A stretch of 63,633 nt of DNA, filler included, from Chiloscyllium plagiosum (taxonomy: Eukaryota), in NCBI RefSeq assembly GCF_004010195.1. It is 4 parts of one record of this genome, joined end to end, with 100 filler letters (N's around TTAATTAATTAA, not from the genome) between each part and the next. Parts side by side here need not be neighbours in the genome. Positions count along the whole stretch, not along the records: positions 1 to 31,964 come from NC_057715.1; positions 32,065 to 49,047 come from NC_057715.1; 2 more parts are not named here. One strand, written 5' to 3'. A model generated the notes under the pieces. That model saw nothing but the letters and a program-made list of their open reading frames with translations, had not been told where the DNA came from and made no database searches. The position numbers were made by a program, and so were the translations under genes. Every line of letters begins with the position of its first letter. Position 1 is the stretch's first letter. This document shows positions 22,734 through 35,990 of this stretch, piece after piece.

Positions 22734-25700
22734 CAATACTGAAAAAGTTACCTATCAGCAAAACAGATGTCCCACTCCCCAGACGGGCAGAGTAGCCTCC
22801 TGAACTACCCATCTCAGCAGCAGAGTACTCTGTCTCCTGATCATGCCACCAATAGATTTCATACTTCCCAGGTGAATGGCTCTCTGTACCAATGTGCCAT
22901 GGTCAGTTCAGTAATCTATCACGCAGAGCAAACTCTCCTGCACAGAAGCAGTAAGAATCACAAACCATTTTGGTGGCCCCAAGGACTGAAATGCTTTCAT
23001 TTCTACCTTCATGGCCCCTTTACCCAACCCATAGCGTCATATAGTATGGAAAAAGATCCTTCAGTTTAACAAGTCCTCACCTACCATTTCCCAAACTAAA
23101 CTAGTCATGTCTCTCTGCGCTAGGCCCATATCACTCCAATCCTTTCTGATTCATTTACTTCTCCAAATGTCCAAATGTGGGTGTAACTGTACCCACCTCC
23201 ATCACTTTCTCTGACAGTACATTCCACACACAAACCACTCTCTGCGTAATAAAAGTTGCCCCTCATGTCCTTTTTAAATCTTTCTCCTCTCAACTTGAAA
23301 ACATGCTTTCTGTTTTTGAACTCCTCCACCTTGTCATTCACCTTATCTGTGCCCTTCATGATTTTATGAACCTCAGTAAAGTCACCCTTCAACCTCCCAT
23401 GGTCCAGTGAAAAATGCACTCGTGGCCACAGGCTGGTATACCTGACCACTGACCAAATCAAAAGACTCTAGTTTAAAGAGTGAAACTGCATTCTGTCAAA
23501 AAGTGTCCAGGTCACTATATCCATCCCTGATATATCACAGAGTGCTTGGCCTCCAACTCATCGACTGTGAGTGAACATTCCTTATGCCATGGACACTTAC
23601 AACAGATATGGTTACCATGGATTGCACTGGCACACAACACCTCTCATATCCTGCAATGGCAAAACTCAATTATAGTAATTTACAAATTAATTACAAATTA
23701 AAGACATCAACATTTGTAATTGCATTCAATCAACTGGGTTCAGATGTTTTATGACACATAATCATGGATGTCTCCCATTGCCAGTGAGTTAATTTGTAAA
23801 TTTAATGCAATACTTAAATTGCCCCAGTACAAGTTTCAACTATTGTCCTTATTTATAAAGAGAAGAATACTTAAAATCCATCATCTACTCATCCATCTGT
23901 TCCCCTAATTAGTGCTCCTGCTACTTGTCTTTAGTTTCCTCTCTTGGACCACTCCTTTTTACATTAGAAGGTGAGAACACCACCCTGCTCCCTCACTGTA
24001 GCAAATTCCCTCATTCACCAAATTCCATTCTGATCAATTACTGCAAAGGCAGACTGGTCTCAATCATCTCGTGTTGGAAGGTGCCAAAGACAGTGTTATC
24101 AANNNNNNNNNNNNNNNNNNNNNNNNNNNNNNNNNNNNNNNNNNNNNNNNNNNNNNNNNNNNNNNNNNNNNNNNNNNNNNNNNNNNNNNNNNNNNNNNNN
24201 NNNNNNNNNNNNNNNNNNNNNNNNNNNNNNNNNNNNNNNNNNNNNNNNNNNNNNNNNNNNNNNNNNNNNNNNNNNNNNNNNNNNNNNNNNNNNNNNNNNN
24301 NNNNNNNNNNNNNNNNNNNNNNNNNNNNNNNNNNNNNNNNNNNNNNNNNNNNNNNNNNNNNNNNNNNNNNNNNNNNNNNNNNNNNNNNNNNNNNNNNNNN
24401 NNNNNNNNNNNNNNNNNNNNNNNNNNNNNNNNNNNNNNNNNNNNNNNNNNNNNNNNNNNNNNNNNNNNNNNNNNNNNNNNNNNNNNNNNNNNNNNNNNNN
24501 NNNNNNNNNNNNNNNNNNNNNNNNNNNNNNNNNNNNNNNNNNNNNNNNNNNNNNNNNNNNNNNNNNNNNNNNNNNNNNNNNNNNNNNNNNNNNNNNNNNN
24601 NNAGTCCAACACCGGCATCTCCAAATCATGAATACTGAAAAAGTTACCTATCAGCAAAACAGATGTCCCACTCCCGAGACGGGCAGATTAGCCTCCTGAA
24701 CTACCCATCTCAGCAGCAGAGTACTCTGTCTCCTGATCATGCCACCAATAGATTTCATACTTCCCAGTTGAATGGCTCTCTGTACCAATGTGCCATGGTC
24801 AGTTCAGTAATCTATCATGCAGAGCAAACTCTCCTTCACAGAAGCAGTAAGAATCACAAACCATTTTGGTGGCCCCAAGGACTGAAATGCTTTCATTTCT
24901 ACCTTCATGGCCCCTTTACCCAACCCACAGCGTCATACAGTATGGAAAAAGATCCTTTAGTTCAACAAGTCCCCACCTACCATTTCCCAAACTAAACTAG
25001 TCACATCTCTCTGCGCTAGGCCCATATCATTCCAATCCTTTCTGATTCATTTACTTATCCAAATGTCTTTTAAATGTTGTAACTGTACCCACCTCCATTA
25101 CTTTCTCTGACAGTACATTCCACACAAAAACCACTCTCTGCGTAATAAAAGTTGCCCCTCATGTCCTTTTTAAATCTTTCTCCTCTCAACTTGAAAACAC
25201 GCTTTCTTGTTTTGAACTCCTCCACCTTGTCATTCACCTTATCTGTGCCCTTCATGATTTTATGAACCTCAGTAAAGTCACCCTTCAACCTCCCATGGTC
25301 CAGTGAAATACGCACTCGTGGCCACAGGCTGGTATACCTGACCACTGACCAAATCAAAAGACTCTAGCTTAAAGAGTGAAACTGCATTCTGTCAAAAAGT
25401 GTCCAGGTCACTATATCCATCCCTGATATATCACAGAGTGCTCGACCTCCAACTCATCGACTGTGAGTGAACATTCCTTATGCCACAGACACTTACAACA
25501 GATATGGTTACCATGGATTGCACTGGCACACAACACCTCTCACATCCCTCAATGGCAAAATTCAATTATAATAATTTACAAATTAATTACAAATTAAAGA
25601 CATCAACATTTGTAATTGCATTCAATCAACTGGGTTCAGATGTGTTATGACACATAATCATGGGTGTCTCCCATTGCCAGTGAGATAATTTGTAGATTTA

Positions 25701-25998
25701 ATGCAATACTTAAATTTCCCCAGTACAAGTTTCAACTATTGTCCTTATTTATAAAGAGAAGAATACTTAAAATCCATCATCTACTCATCCATCTGTTCCC
25801 CTAATTAGTGCTCCTGCTACTTGTCTTTAGTTTCCTCTCTTGGACCACTCCTTTTTACATTAGAAGGTGAGAACACCACCCTGCTCCCTCACTGTAGCAA
25901 ATTCCCTCATTCACCAAATTCCATTCTGATCAATTACTGCAAAGGCAGACTGCTCTCAATCATCTCGTGTTGGAAGCTGCCAAAGACAGTGTTATCAA
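22707..25998 (+). repeat. Direct duplication of ~1.4 kb (22707-24102 and 24603-25998) separated by a 500-N gap
   Basis: Constant offset of 1896 bp; 7 substitutions counted in the first ~240 bp. Confidence 0.95.
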
Positions 25999-26441
25999 GC
26001 AGCACTCACTGTTGAGTACCAAGCTCACCTTAGATTCCAACCCAGGGTTCCCCAATGCATGTTTGGACCAGAAATGGAAAAAAGAGCTGAACTCCAGAGA
26101 TGAGAAGAATTGAGAGTGAATTCCAAAGCTATTTAAATGTGGCATTAGGATCCCTAGCGAAGCTGGAGACCATGGGAAGGAGAGGGAAGTCCTTTGCTGG
26201 TTAAAGTGATTTTTAGCACAAAGGAAGCTGATTGTTGGAGGCCAGTCATGTCAGTCCCAGTAAATTACTTTGGGGTTTGGTCCAAGGGCCAAACATCTTC
26301 AGCTGCTTCATCAATGACCTTTCCTCCATCATAAGGTAGAAAGTGAGGATGTTCACCGATAATTTCACAATATTCAGCACCATCAGATATTGCATCGGTC
26401 TGTGTCCATCTGCATGGCGGAAATCTATATTTGTGGGTTCA

Positions 26442-27371
26442 TATTATGTGTTTTCATAAGTTAAGAACTGCGATTCCCAGCATGCCCAGGACTTTGACAT
26501 AAGCACAGAGCATGACAGGGAGAAAGACTGTGCATGTGCGAGAGGATTTTCTTCAAGCATTTTTCTTTCCAGCAAAATCCACACCTTGGGACCTGGGACA
26601 TGGAATTTCCCACATTACCATTTGTGCAAAGCAAAATACCTGCAGGTGGTGGCTGGGGCTGGGGGAGAGTGAAAGGGAATCCACATACCAGTGAATCAAC
26701 AGCAGGTGTTCAATGGGTCAGCTCAATGCAGCTGAAGGTTGTCATTGGCTGTAATCTGCTGAAGAGCAGCAGTGGCTCAGTACAGCTGAAAGCTGAGGTT
26801 CAAAAGAGCCAAGAGCAGCTGTTGTTGCTGAGTGATATTGGAACTCAGAGAAGCCATCAGCTAAGTAACTCTGGTGAGGTTAACTACTCCTTAAAGCAGC
26901 TAAGGAAAGAAACATTTGTGAGCAGTTCTAGCTGTGATAGCACTGGTGATTCAATTTGGTGGTAAATCCGGTGGGATACAGTCTCAGAAGAGATTGAGTA
27001 ACTGAGAGGCACAATCATTGAACTGGAGTGACTGTTGAAGGAAGATCAGAGATTATATCCTCAAACGAAAGAGAGCACTTTGTGATTCACATAATTAACA
27101 TTAACAGATGACTGGTTTGCTGACAAATTTGTGTGATCTGCCATTTAAGGTGTGGTTGATAAATTGTGCTTGACCACAGTTTGACTGTCAATTCATGTTT
27201 ACCTCATGTTAATTATGGATGTAAGAGCATAACGTGGATCATATTGACTGTTTATATGACTCTTGTAAAGTAAAATTCCTTCTGATTTGTTGAAGTTTTG
27301 TGGCTGAATAATCATCTGAGATTTTAAATTTCATGGATTTTTCAGCAAAGGTTCCTATCTGGATCATAACA
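26442..27371. mobile_element. Probable solo LTR
   Basis: Termini tattatg (near TGTTATG) and cataaca; non-coding; interrupts a CR1/L2-group LINE fragment (26140-26400 and 27400-27750). Confidence 0.45.
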
Positions 27372-28459
27372 AAAGTGGCTTGGGATATTAACATAATGTG
27401 GACCTGATCAGGGATGGTAGCACCATATTCAAAGTTGCCAAAATGCCAACTATCTCACACAAGTGCAAGCCAACAATCATCTCTAATAGTAATGAGTCTA
27501 ATAAGCTCTGCTTGACACTCAATGGCAGCACCATCAATGAATTCCCCCATTATCACCACGTGGAATTTACCATTGACTACAAACCTATTGAAACAGCTAT
27601 ATAGATCCTGTGGCCACAAAAGAAGGTCAAAGATTAGGAGTTCCATGATAACTCACTTCCTAACTGTCTGCCATCCACGTGGCACAAATCAGGAGTCTGA
27701 TGGAATTTTCTCCTCTTGTCAGGATGAATGGGCTCCATCAGTAACACTGTAGGACATTAAATGGATAGAGGGGATAAGGGGATTGGAGAGATTGATGAGT
27801 GAGGATGATAACTTTTAGAATCAAGGCATTGTTCCAGAGGTTGCATCAATCTCACACTGAAGTTACATTGGGAGCTCAGGATAGCTCCATTCCCACAGAG
27901 GTCAAAGGTCAGCTGGATCTGAAGGGAATGGCACCCGCCTCCTGTGGCCCTTCAGTAATCCTCTGGTCGCTGCAGAACTGGGCACTGGGACTGAGGCCAA
28001 CAGCTTCTGGGACTCTGTCCAACTGGCTCCTGCCCAACAATCCATCAGCGTAATGAGCGTGGAATCTGAATAGGTGTCAGGCTGTGAACAGGATGGCAAG
28101 AATCTCTAAATAAGTGACTGAGACCCTTGAACTAATGACTAATGCCACTAAGACACTGCTACACTGACCCAGCAATGACCATGGAATACCAAGCCAGGAA
28201 GATGCATGACTTCAAAGGAAAGTCAGAGGTGATGCTTTCTCACATTTCCTCCCCACGGTGTGAGATCATTGGGTTGTCGCCAATCCAAAACCAATGAAGA
28301 GCCATCAGTACAAGCTGCATTTTCTAGCACTGCACCACCCGCGCTAACGTTCTGCATATTGTCAAGCTGATGTCTGCTTTCCATAGACAATATTTCCCCT
28401 TGTGAACAAGACCCCTTTCCCCCCACCCCCAATCGCATCACTTGGTTAAGGTGCTGCAG

Positions 28460-28740
28460 AAGACAGTCTCAGGCCTAGTTTGTGAGCAGCACTCCGTCTC
28501 CACCGAGTCAGTGCGTTGTGAATTCATTTGCTACTGGGAAACGTGACCATGTGGGTATGCTCAGCACCTCCGCTGAGGAAGTTCTGGATTGTTGGAGCTG
28601 CCACTTCTTTTGGATGAGCTGTTAAACCAAGTCCCTGTTTTCCCTGCTGAATCACCAAAAAAGATCTGAAGCCACTACATGTTCAAGAGGAAGGCAGAGC
28701 TCCTTAGTGTCCTGAACTGAACTTCAACCAACATTAGCAA
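28460..28740 (+). mobile_element. Deu-domain SINE (SacSINE1/AmnSINE-like), old
   Basis: gctgaggaag...ttgttggagctgcca...ttggatgag.tgttaaaccaag resembles the Deu domain. Other copies at 37215-37450(+), 47040-47280(-), 48210-48400(-). Confidence 0.65.
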
Positions 28741-30009
28741 TCACAACAAGTGAACTGACTCAACTTCTGATGAAGAGTCAAACCAGACTCAACACATTAA
28801 CTCTGTTTCTCTCTCTGCAGATGCTGCCAGACCTGTTGAGTTTATCCAGCAATTTCTGTTTTTGTCCTTCAATTAGAGTTTCTGCTATTGCCCCAGGAAC
28901 TGAGCACAAAAATCAGGCTGAATTTTGAAAACTTTTCACTATTACTTACACTGCACCAATGAAAAGATAAAATCCATTTTAGATCAATCTGTTCAGATAT
29001 GCTGTAACACACCTCTGGACTAAGTGGGTCTTGAACCCAGGCCTCCTGGCTCAGAGGCACATTACCATGGTGCTACAAGGGCCCCAAATCCTATTTTAAC
29101 CTTGTCTAAATAAGACCTTTCACCTCCTACACTTCCCAATCGGAGCAACAGGTTAGCACTCTGAAACCTTCCTGAATAGGACAACGCCAATCATTGGTAA
29201 TTCCAATCCCAGATGCTAGGTCAATGTTTCAGCTTCAAGCTCTAATAAGCATATTTTTCTTTCAGGAACAAGGTGTTTAACTGAATTAAAACACACCAGT
29301 AGCATTTTTATTTGGTTCAATGCCAAAACTTCAGCTTTTTTAGAAAGGGACTAATGGATGTACGGAATGCTTAAAAGGCATGAACTTAATTGAAGGTTTC
29401 AGACGATTTAAATATAGGCTAATGGACACCAGAATTTATCATTATCCATTAATCTAATGGAGACCTTCAAAATCGCTCCTGAAAATAAAACTCTTGCTTC
29501 CAATAGCAGGTTTTCTGCCAATTTGTCTGTTAAGCCCCACTCCAGTAACTAAACCAAGAATCAAGGCTCACACTCCACAAGAAGATAAGAAATGTAAATG
29601 GGATTGGTCCATTCAGCTGCTCAAACCTGCCCTGTCATTCAGTAAGGATCTGCCCCTGGCCTGAATTCCTTTTTCATGTCCCTGCTCCTCAAAGCTCTCA
29701 GTTCCCTGATGTTTCTATGTCCTGTTTAAATACTTTCAGTGATCAAGCCTCCACAACTCTCGGGAATAGAGAAGTCCAGGCATTCGCTAGCCTCTGAGAA
29801 AAGAAATTCCTTTGTATCTCAATTTTAACTGTCTCCATATTCTGTAACTGCATCCTTTGGTGTGATATCCCCTGACTAGTGGAAACATCATCGCAACATC
29901 TACTCATCAATACACTCCTCTTAGTTTCCCTAACTTCCTTTTTAAGATCGACCACCCCACATGTTTCAAACTCTTTGAGGGACTCTGCTGTATCGAGTCC
30001 TTGGCATGA

Positions 30010-30323
30010 GATTAGATTCCCTACAGTGTGGAAACAGGCCCTTCAGCCCAACAAGTCCACACCAACCCTCTGAAGAGTAACCCACCCAGTCCCATTTCCC
30101 TCTGACTAATGCACCTATCACTATGGGCAATTTAGCACGGCCAATTCACCTGACCTCCACATCTTTGGACTGTGGGAGGAAACTGGACCACCTGGGGGAA
30201 ACCCACATAGACATGGGGAGAATGTGCAAACTCCACACAGGCAGGCACCTGAGGCTGGAATCGAACCTGGGTCCCTGGCACTATGGGGCAGTAGTGCTAA
30301 CCACTGAGCCACCATGCTGCCCC
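30010..30323 (-). mobile_element. HE1-type V-SINE, full length
   Basis: Minus strand gggcagcatggtggctcagtggttagcactac...gttcgattcc (boxes A and B), V-domain, (TAATC) tail. Confidence 0.92.
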
Positions 30324-30357
30324 TAAGCTAAGCTTCCTTTGTTTCCTCCCCCCTTAA

Positions 30358-30645
30358 TCCTAGAATCCCAACAGTGTCGAAGAAGGCCATTCACCCCATT
30401 GAGTCCACACAAACCCTCTAAAGAGCATCTCACCTTCCAATCCTATCCTATCCTATCCCTGTAACCCTGCATTTCCCATGGCTAATCCACCTAGCCTACA
30501 CATCTTCGAACTGTGCGAGGAAACCCATGCAGACTCAGGCAGAACATGCAGACTCTACACAGACAGTCACCCGAGATTGGAATCGAACCTTGGTTCCTAG
30601 CAATGTGAGACAGCAGTGCTAACCACTGAGCCACCCTGTTGCACT
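30358..30645 (-). mobile_element. HE1-type V-SINE
   Basis: Same architecture as 30010-30323, more diverged. Confidence 0.88.
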
Positions 30646-30727
30646 TCAGTCTTGCTCCCACCCTTTGTCTTTAGAGGAATATATTCACTCTGTATTGTCA
30701 CTATTTCCTCCCTGAATACCTCCCAAC

Positions 30728-31367
30728 TGTTACGGACTAAGCCAAACCACTCAAAACATTCTTAAGCAGGCAGCAGGCAATTTGTTTCAGTAGATGTACA
30801 ATGAAAATTACCCGGTTAAAGATGGCTTGGTTGACTACTAGATTTTAAAACAAACAAAACTTTATTCACAAAATTACAGAATGAAGCACAAAGAACAGAA
30901 TAAAGAACCCCTACAGAACCCAGTCTATCCAAACTAGACTTAATTATGCTGTTCCGAATATACCCAACAGTCCCAATAAGCAAACTCCCTTTAAAAAAAA
31001 ACAGTATAAATGGAACATATGCTAACAGGTTGAAGTTGAAGGGCAGAAGAGAGAGAGAGCGAGAGATTGTTTCTACACAGCTCCTGTTGAACTCCTCGCC
31101 AGGTCAGACTGAACTAAATTGCTCAGCTAGAGAGCTGACCACTCCCCTTTCATTATACAGGTCACTTCTAAAACATGACCACTTTGGCCTGAAGTCTCAT
31201 CTGTTTACATATAAACAAAAGGCCTCTCAAAATCCTTTTAATCTCTGTACCAAACCAGACTGATCAGAGCCCGGTCTGGTTTATTGCCCGTCTGAAAAAA
31301 ATCAAGGGCAGAGTATTCTTGAGCCAAGGAACAGCTTTTAGAAAAACAAGGAACTAGCTTTGTGATA
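30728..31367 (-). mobile_element. Solo LTR (~640 bp)
   Basis: Termini tgttacgg and ctttgtgata (near -GTGACA); near-TSD caac/caat; AATAAA on minus at ~30861. Confidence 0.7.
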
Positions 31368-32008
31368 CAATGCTCGGCATAGTTCTATCTGCAAGTAACT
31401 GTTCCCAGTGAGCGAAATTGTATGTTTTAGTAGAATTTCCCTTTCCCCAGTTTCAAACTTCTATTTCCCACCCTTTGTCATCCTTTTCGTATGGTCTTAT
31501 ATGGCAAAATGTGAGGTCATCCAATTTGATAAAGAACTAAAGTGCAGAAAAGTTAGTTTTACGAAAACCATCAATCACAGCATATCGCAAGAAGATAGGA
31601 AGGCTAATGTCAAGTCAGCTTTTGTTGCAAAGAGACTGCAATATAAGTAAAGAATCTTCCTCGGGATATCTAGGGCATTGTTGAAGTTGCACCTGGTAAA
31701 TGTCTTAGTGTTTGGTTTCTTTATCCAAGAGGGAGACAGCGATTTTATGTGTCAGTAATGTAGTCGAGAGTGTGGTGCTGGAAAAACACAGAAGGTCAGG
31801 CAGCATCTGAGGAGCAGGGGAATTGATGTTTTGGGCATAAGCCTTTCACCAGGAATGAAGGGCTTATGCCCGAAATGTCGGTTCTCTTGCTCCTTGGATG
31901 CTGCCTGACCTGTTGTGCTTTTTCAGCACCACACTCTCGACTCTGATCTCCAGCATCTGCAGTCNNNNNNNNNNNNNNNNNNNNNNNNNNNNNNNNNNNN
32001 NNNNNNNN

Positions 32009-32020
32009 TTAATTAATTAA
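32009..32020. other. Artificial six-frame-stop scaffold linker TTAATTAATTAA (also 49092-49103 and 60027-60038)
   Basis: Each copy is centred between two runs of exactly 44 N, 100 bp in total. Confidence 0.95.
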
Positions 32021-32169
32021 NNNNNNNNNNNNNNNNNNNNNNNNNNNNNNNNNNNNNNNNNNNNCTTCATCCCCTCCCGCACTCACCTATTGTACTCTAT
32101 GCTACTTTCTCCCTACCCCCACCCTCCTCTAACTTATCTCTCCACGCTTCAGGCTCTCTGCCTGTCTTC

Positions 32170-32197
32170 CTGATGAAGGGCTTTTGCCCGAAACGTC
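32170..32197 (+). ncRNA. Minimal type I hammerhead ribozyme motif (family A variant)
   Basis: CTGATGA-A-GGGC(TTTT)GCCC-GAAA-CG-TC; first stem I pair mismatched. Confidence 0.7.
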
Positions 32198-35124
32198 CAT
32201 TATACTGTTCCTTGGATGCTGCCTGAACTGCTGGGCTCTTCCAGCACCACTAATCCAGAATCTGGTTTCCAGCATCAGCAGTCATTGTTTTTACCTCATT
32301 GATTAAAACCCAGCAATCAACCTAACTAGCTTACTCTGGGAAATTCTCACTGTCCACTTACCAAAACAATTTGCAAAGTTATGGTCTGGGTTGTCTGCCT
32401 CAAGAATGTTCAGAGTGGTCTGGCCTAGTCCATAACAGGTGCTACATAAATGCAAAGTATAACAGTCATTTTAGTCCCATTCTGCACAATTCCAATGGCT
32501 CAAATGCTGTCCCCTCCTATAGCAATTCTGTTTAACAGTAAAAAAAAGTTTAATCATTGATATTTTAAATTCTCAACTCACATCATTAGTCAATTCAAAG
32601 TCAAATATCACCAGGAGGCTTTGAATTATTGCTGAAGTTTAATCAATTGTGTGTATTATATGTTTAATGTTTGCCTGTTGGTATTTGTGTCGTCCAATGA
32701 ATGACTAATTGGGAACTTTGATATTAAAATTTGTGATTTGACAAATCACATTGTTATTTTACATATAACCAAGTAAACATTTAGTTGTAGAGAATTTGTT
32801 TCTACTCACAGGGAGCCCAAAGCTTGGATCCATATATCCAAGGTTTGTTACGCAATGTCCTTTACCAGAGAATGTGGAACGTATTACCACAGATAGTAAT
32901 CGGGATGAGTAACATGGGTGCACTTAAGCTTCAGTTACACAGAGCATTGATAAGGCCAGATCTCAAATACTGTGTGCAGTTTCGGTCTCCTTATTTAAGA
33001 AAGGACGCACATACTTTCGAGACCATTCAGAAGGGGCTCACTAGATTGATACTTGGAATCAGCTGATTGTCCTTTGAGGATTGTTTGGACAGGCTGAGAT
33101 CGCCTTCACCATAAGAGTGATGGGTGACTGCACGGAATCATAGAAATGTTAGAGCCATTTGACTCATCATGTCTACCACACCTCTCCAAATGAGTATCAC
33201 GATCTCAGGCCATTCTCCTGTCTTTTCCTTGCTCTCTTTTCTGTTTAAATAATCCTGTGGCTCTCTTGAATGTCCTAACTAAACACGCCTCAATCGCACA
33301 GTCAGGCAGCGCATTCCATGTCCATACTACATGTTGTGTTAAAACGTCTTTTCACACATCGCATTTGCTACTTTGGCGAATCACATGAAATCGGTGTCCT
33401 CTCGTTCTTGATTATGTGTGGGAATGGTTTCTCCCCAAGGACCTGCTGAGCTTTTCGAGCAGTTTCTGTTTCTGTTTCTGTTTCTGATTTCCAGCATCCG
33501 CAGCTCCTTTGGTTTTTATTTAATGCTCAACTCACTGCCGCATCTCTTCCAGGCATGGCCACCTTGAAGATGTTCTGCTCCTCTCTCCAATAGGATCTCC
33601 ATTCTCTCTCTAAGGCCTGCATCCCCACCTATTGTTTACTCTTTGCCACCTCCCTCCTATCCTGTCGCCTGGAAATTGGATAAAGATATGTACTAAATTA
33701 AGTCAAGACAGGGGAGATGATAATTGTTTGAAGCACTGGACTGAATAGCCTTTTTCTATACAGTACACCCTACGTAGACATAAGCCTGAATTTCTGCAGC
33801 AACCATTTAGCTTAGCTAAAATGGCACCAGTGCCCCACATCCCGACAGCTCAGCGCCTCTATTTTAAAACATGTCTTCAAGAAAAAGGACAAAATACACC
33901 CCTTAAAGCCACAGAATTGTCACAATATAAGACTGATGGTTGGGGTGTCTGACAGTGGGGTGTGTGACATTTTACAATTCGATTGACGCAGCCAAGTGAT
34001 AAAAAGTCATTGAATGTGAGGTTTTGTGCGAAGCAAGCTTATTACACTGAGGGTGGTAGGTGCCTGGAACACGCTGCCAGGAGACGTGGTAGAAGCAGAT
34101 ACAATAGCAATGTTTAAGAGGCATTTAGACTGACACATGAACAGGCAGGGAATATGGGGATACAGACCATGTGTAGGTAGATGGGATTAGTTTAGGATGG
34201 CACAGCTGGTTGACACAGATATGGTGGACTGAAGGGACTGTCTTGTACTGTACTGTTCTATGTTCTATATAAATTCCAATGTATGTTTTAATAAGGGATT
34301 AAATATAATAAGAGATTTAAATGTATTGAACAAGTGTGTATGAGTTAGAGCTTGTTCTTTTAAGAGTAAGTCTGCAAAGGACACTGTCAAACTTTATTTC
34401 ATCTCAGCATGGCTCTTGAGGTCTGTCAATGGGGATTCTGGCTAAGTTGGTATGGTTAGCATGCCCTCTAATTTTTCCAGCCACTGTGCAGACCTCCAAA
34501 GTCCAAATGGAGAGGTTTTCCACCACAACTACCTTCCGAAGGCAGGGCATTCCGAATTCCCATTACCTTCTGAGCAAGAAAGCTATTCTTCAAATCCCCT
34601 CTGTAACTCCTGCCTTTCACTTTGAAATTATGCTTTTTGTTATTCAACTGAGGACAGCTGCTTCTATTCACATTCTTGATGAAGGGCCTATCCTCAGAAC
34701 ATCGACTCTCCTGCACCTCGGGTGCTGCCTGACCACAGCACCACGCTCTTTGACTCTGACGACCCAGCATCTGCAGTCCTCACTTTCTCCTGCTTTCTAC
34801 TCACCCTGTCCATGCCCCTCATAATCTTATCAAAATCATAGAAGCATAGAATGTTATAGGAGCAGGCCATTCCATCCAGCATGGCTGTACCATTTTCCAA
34901 AAGAGCTACCCAGCTAGTCCCACTCTCTAAAGACAAAAAAAAAACTGCAAATGCTGGAATCCAAGGTAGACATGTAGGAGGCTGGAAGAACATAGACCTC
35001 TTTATCTGCAACTCCCCTTACACCCACCCCTAGTCCTGAAGAAGGGTTAACCCCGAAACACAGCAAGCCAGGCAGTGTCAGGAGGTGGGGAAGTCAATAT
35101 TTCAGGTGTAGCCCTTCTCCAGTT

Positions 35125-35990
35125 CTACTCTCCAGCCCTATCTCCATAGCCCTGTAAATTCATCATGTTCAAATATATATCCAGCCCTCTTTTGACACCT
35201 CCTGTGGAATCAGCCTCCATCACTCTCCCAGGCAGCGCATTCCAAATCCGAAGAACTCTCTGAGTAAAGAAGTTTCTCCTCATCTCTCTGTTAGCTCTCT
35301 TACTGACAATCCTGAAATTGTGACCCCTAGTTACTAACATACCAACTAGTGGAAACAAAATATCCTTCTTTAACTTCAACACCTCAATAAGGTCCCCCCT
35401 TAATATTCTCTGCTACAAGGAGAATAAGCCCAATTTCTCTAAATTTCCTTTTATCTAAAATCCCTCATTCCTGGTATCATTCCAGTAAATCTCCTTTGCA
35501 TGGTCTCCAGGGCTTGAACATCTTTCCTTAATAAGGTGCCCAGAACTGAACACAATTCTTTGTTCAATTAAAACACTAATGATTCATGGAGGTGCAGCCT
35601 CTTGCTTGCTTTAATAGTTTCTGATTATAAACCCAGGGATCTATAAGCCTTCTGAAAAACTGTTTCAACTTGCCTGGCCACCACCTTCAGAGAATCATGC
35701 ACATGAAGTGTGAGGTCCTTCTGCTCCTGTACTCCCCTCAGAGTTATACCATTAAACCTGTATTCTCTCTCCATGTTTATTTGACCACAATGTATTACCT
35801 CCCATTTCTCTGCACTGAAATTCATCTGCCATGCGTCTGCCCATTTGGGCAACTTGTTAATGTCCTTCTTAAGTTGGTCAGCATCATTGTTCCCTCTAGC
35901 TTAGTATCGTCTGCAAACTTAGAGATTTTGTCATCGCTGATCTCTCATCTTTCATTGCTCATCTCCAAATCGTTTGTATAAATCAGAGAA
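35125..35990 (-). mobile_element. CR1 LINE 3' fragment
   Basis: KWADAWQMNFSAEKWEVIH and TRGHNFRI...RRNFFTQRVLRIWNALP. Confidence 0.9.

Larger units (their letters stand above)
31765..32297. mobile_element. PLE family A terminal repeats on both sides of a scaffold linker
   Basis: Foldback at 31765-31964; sense terminal repeat at 32085-32297. Confidence 0.8.
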
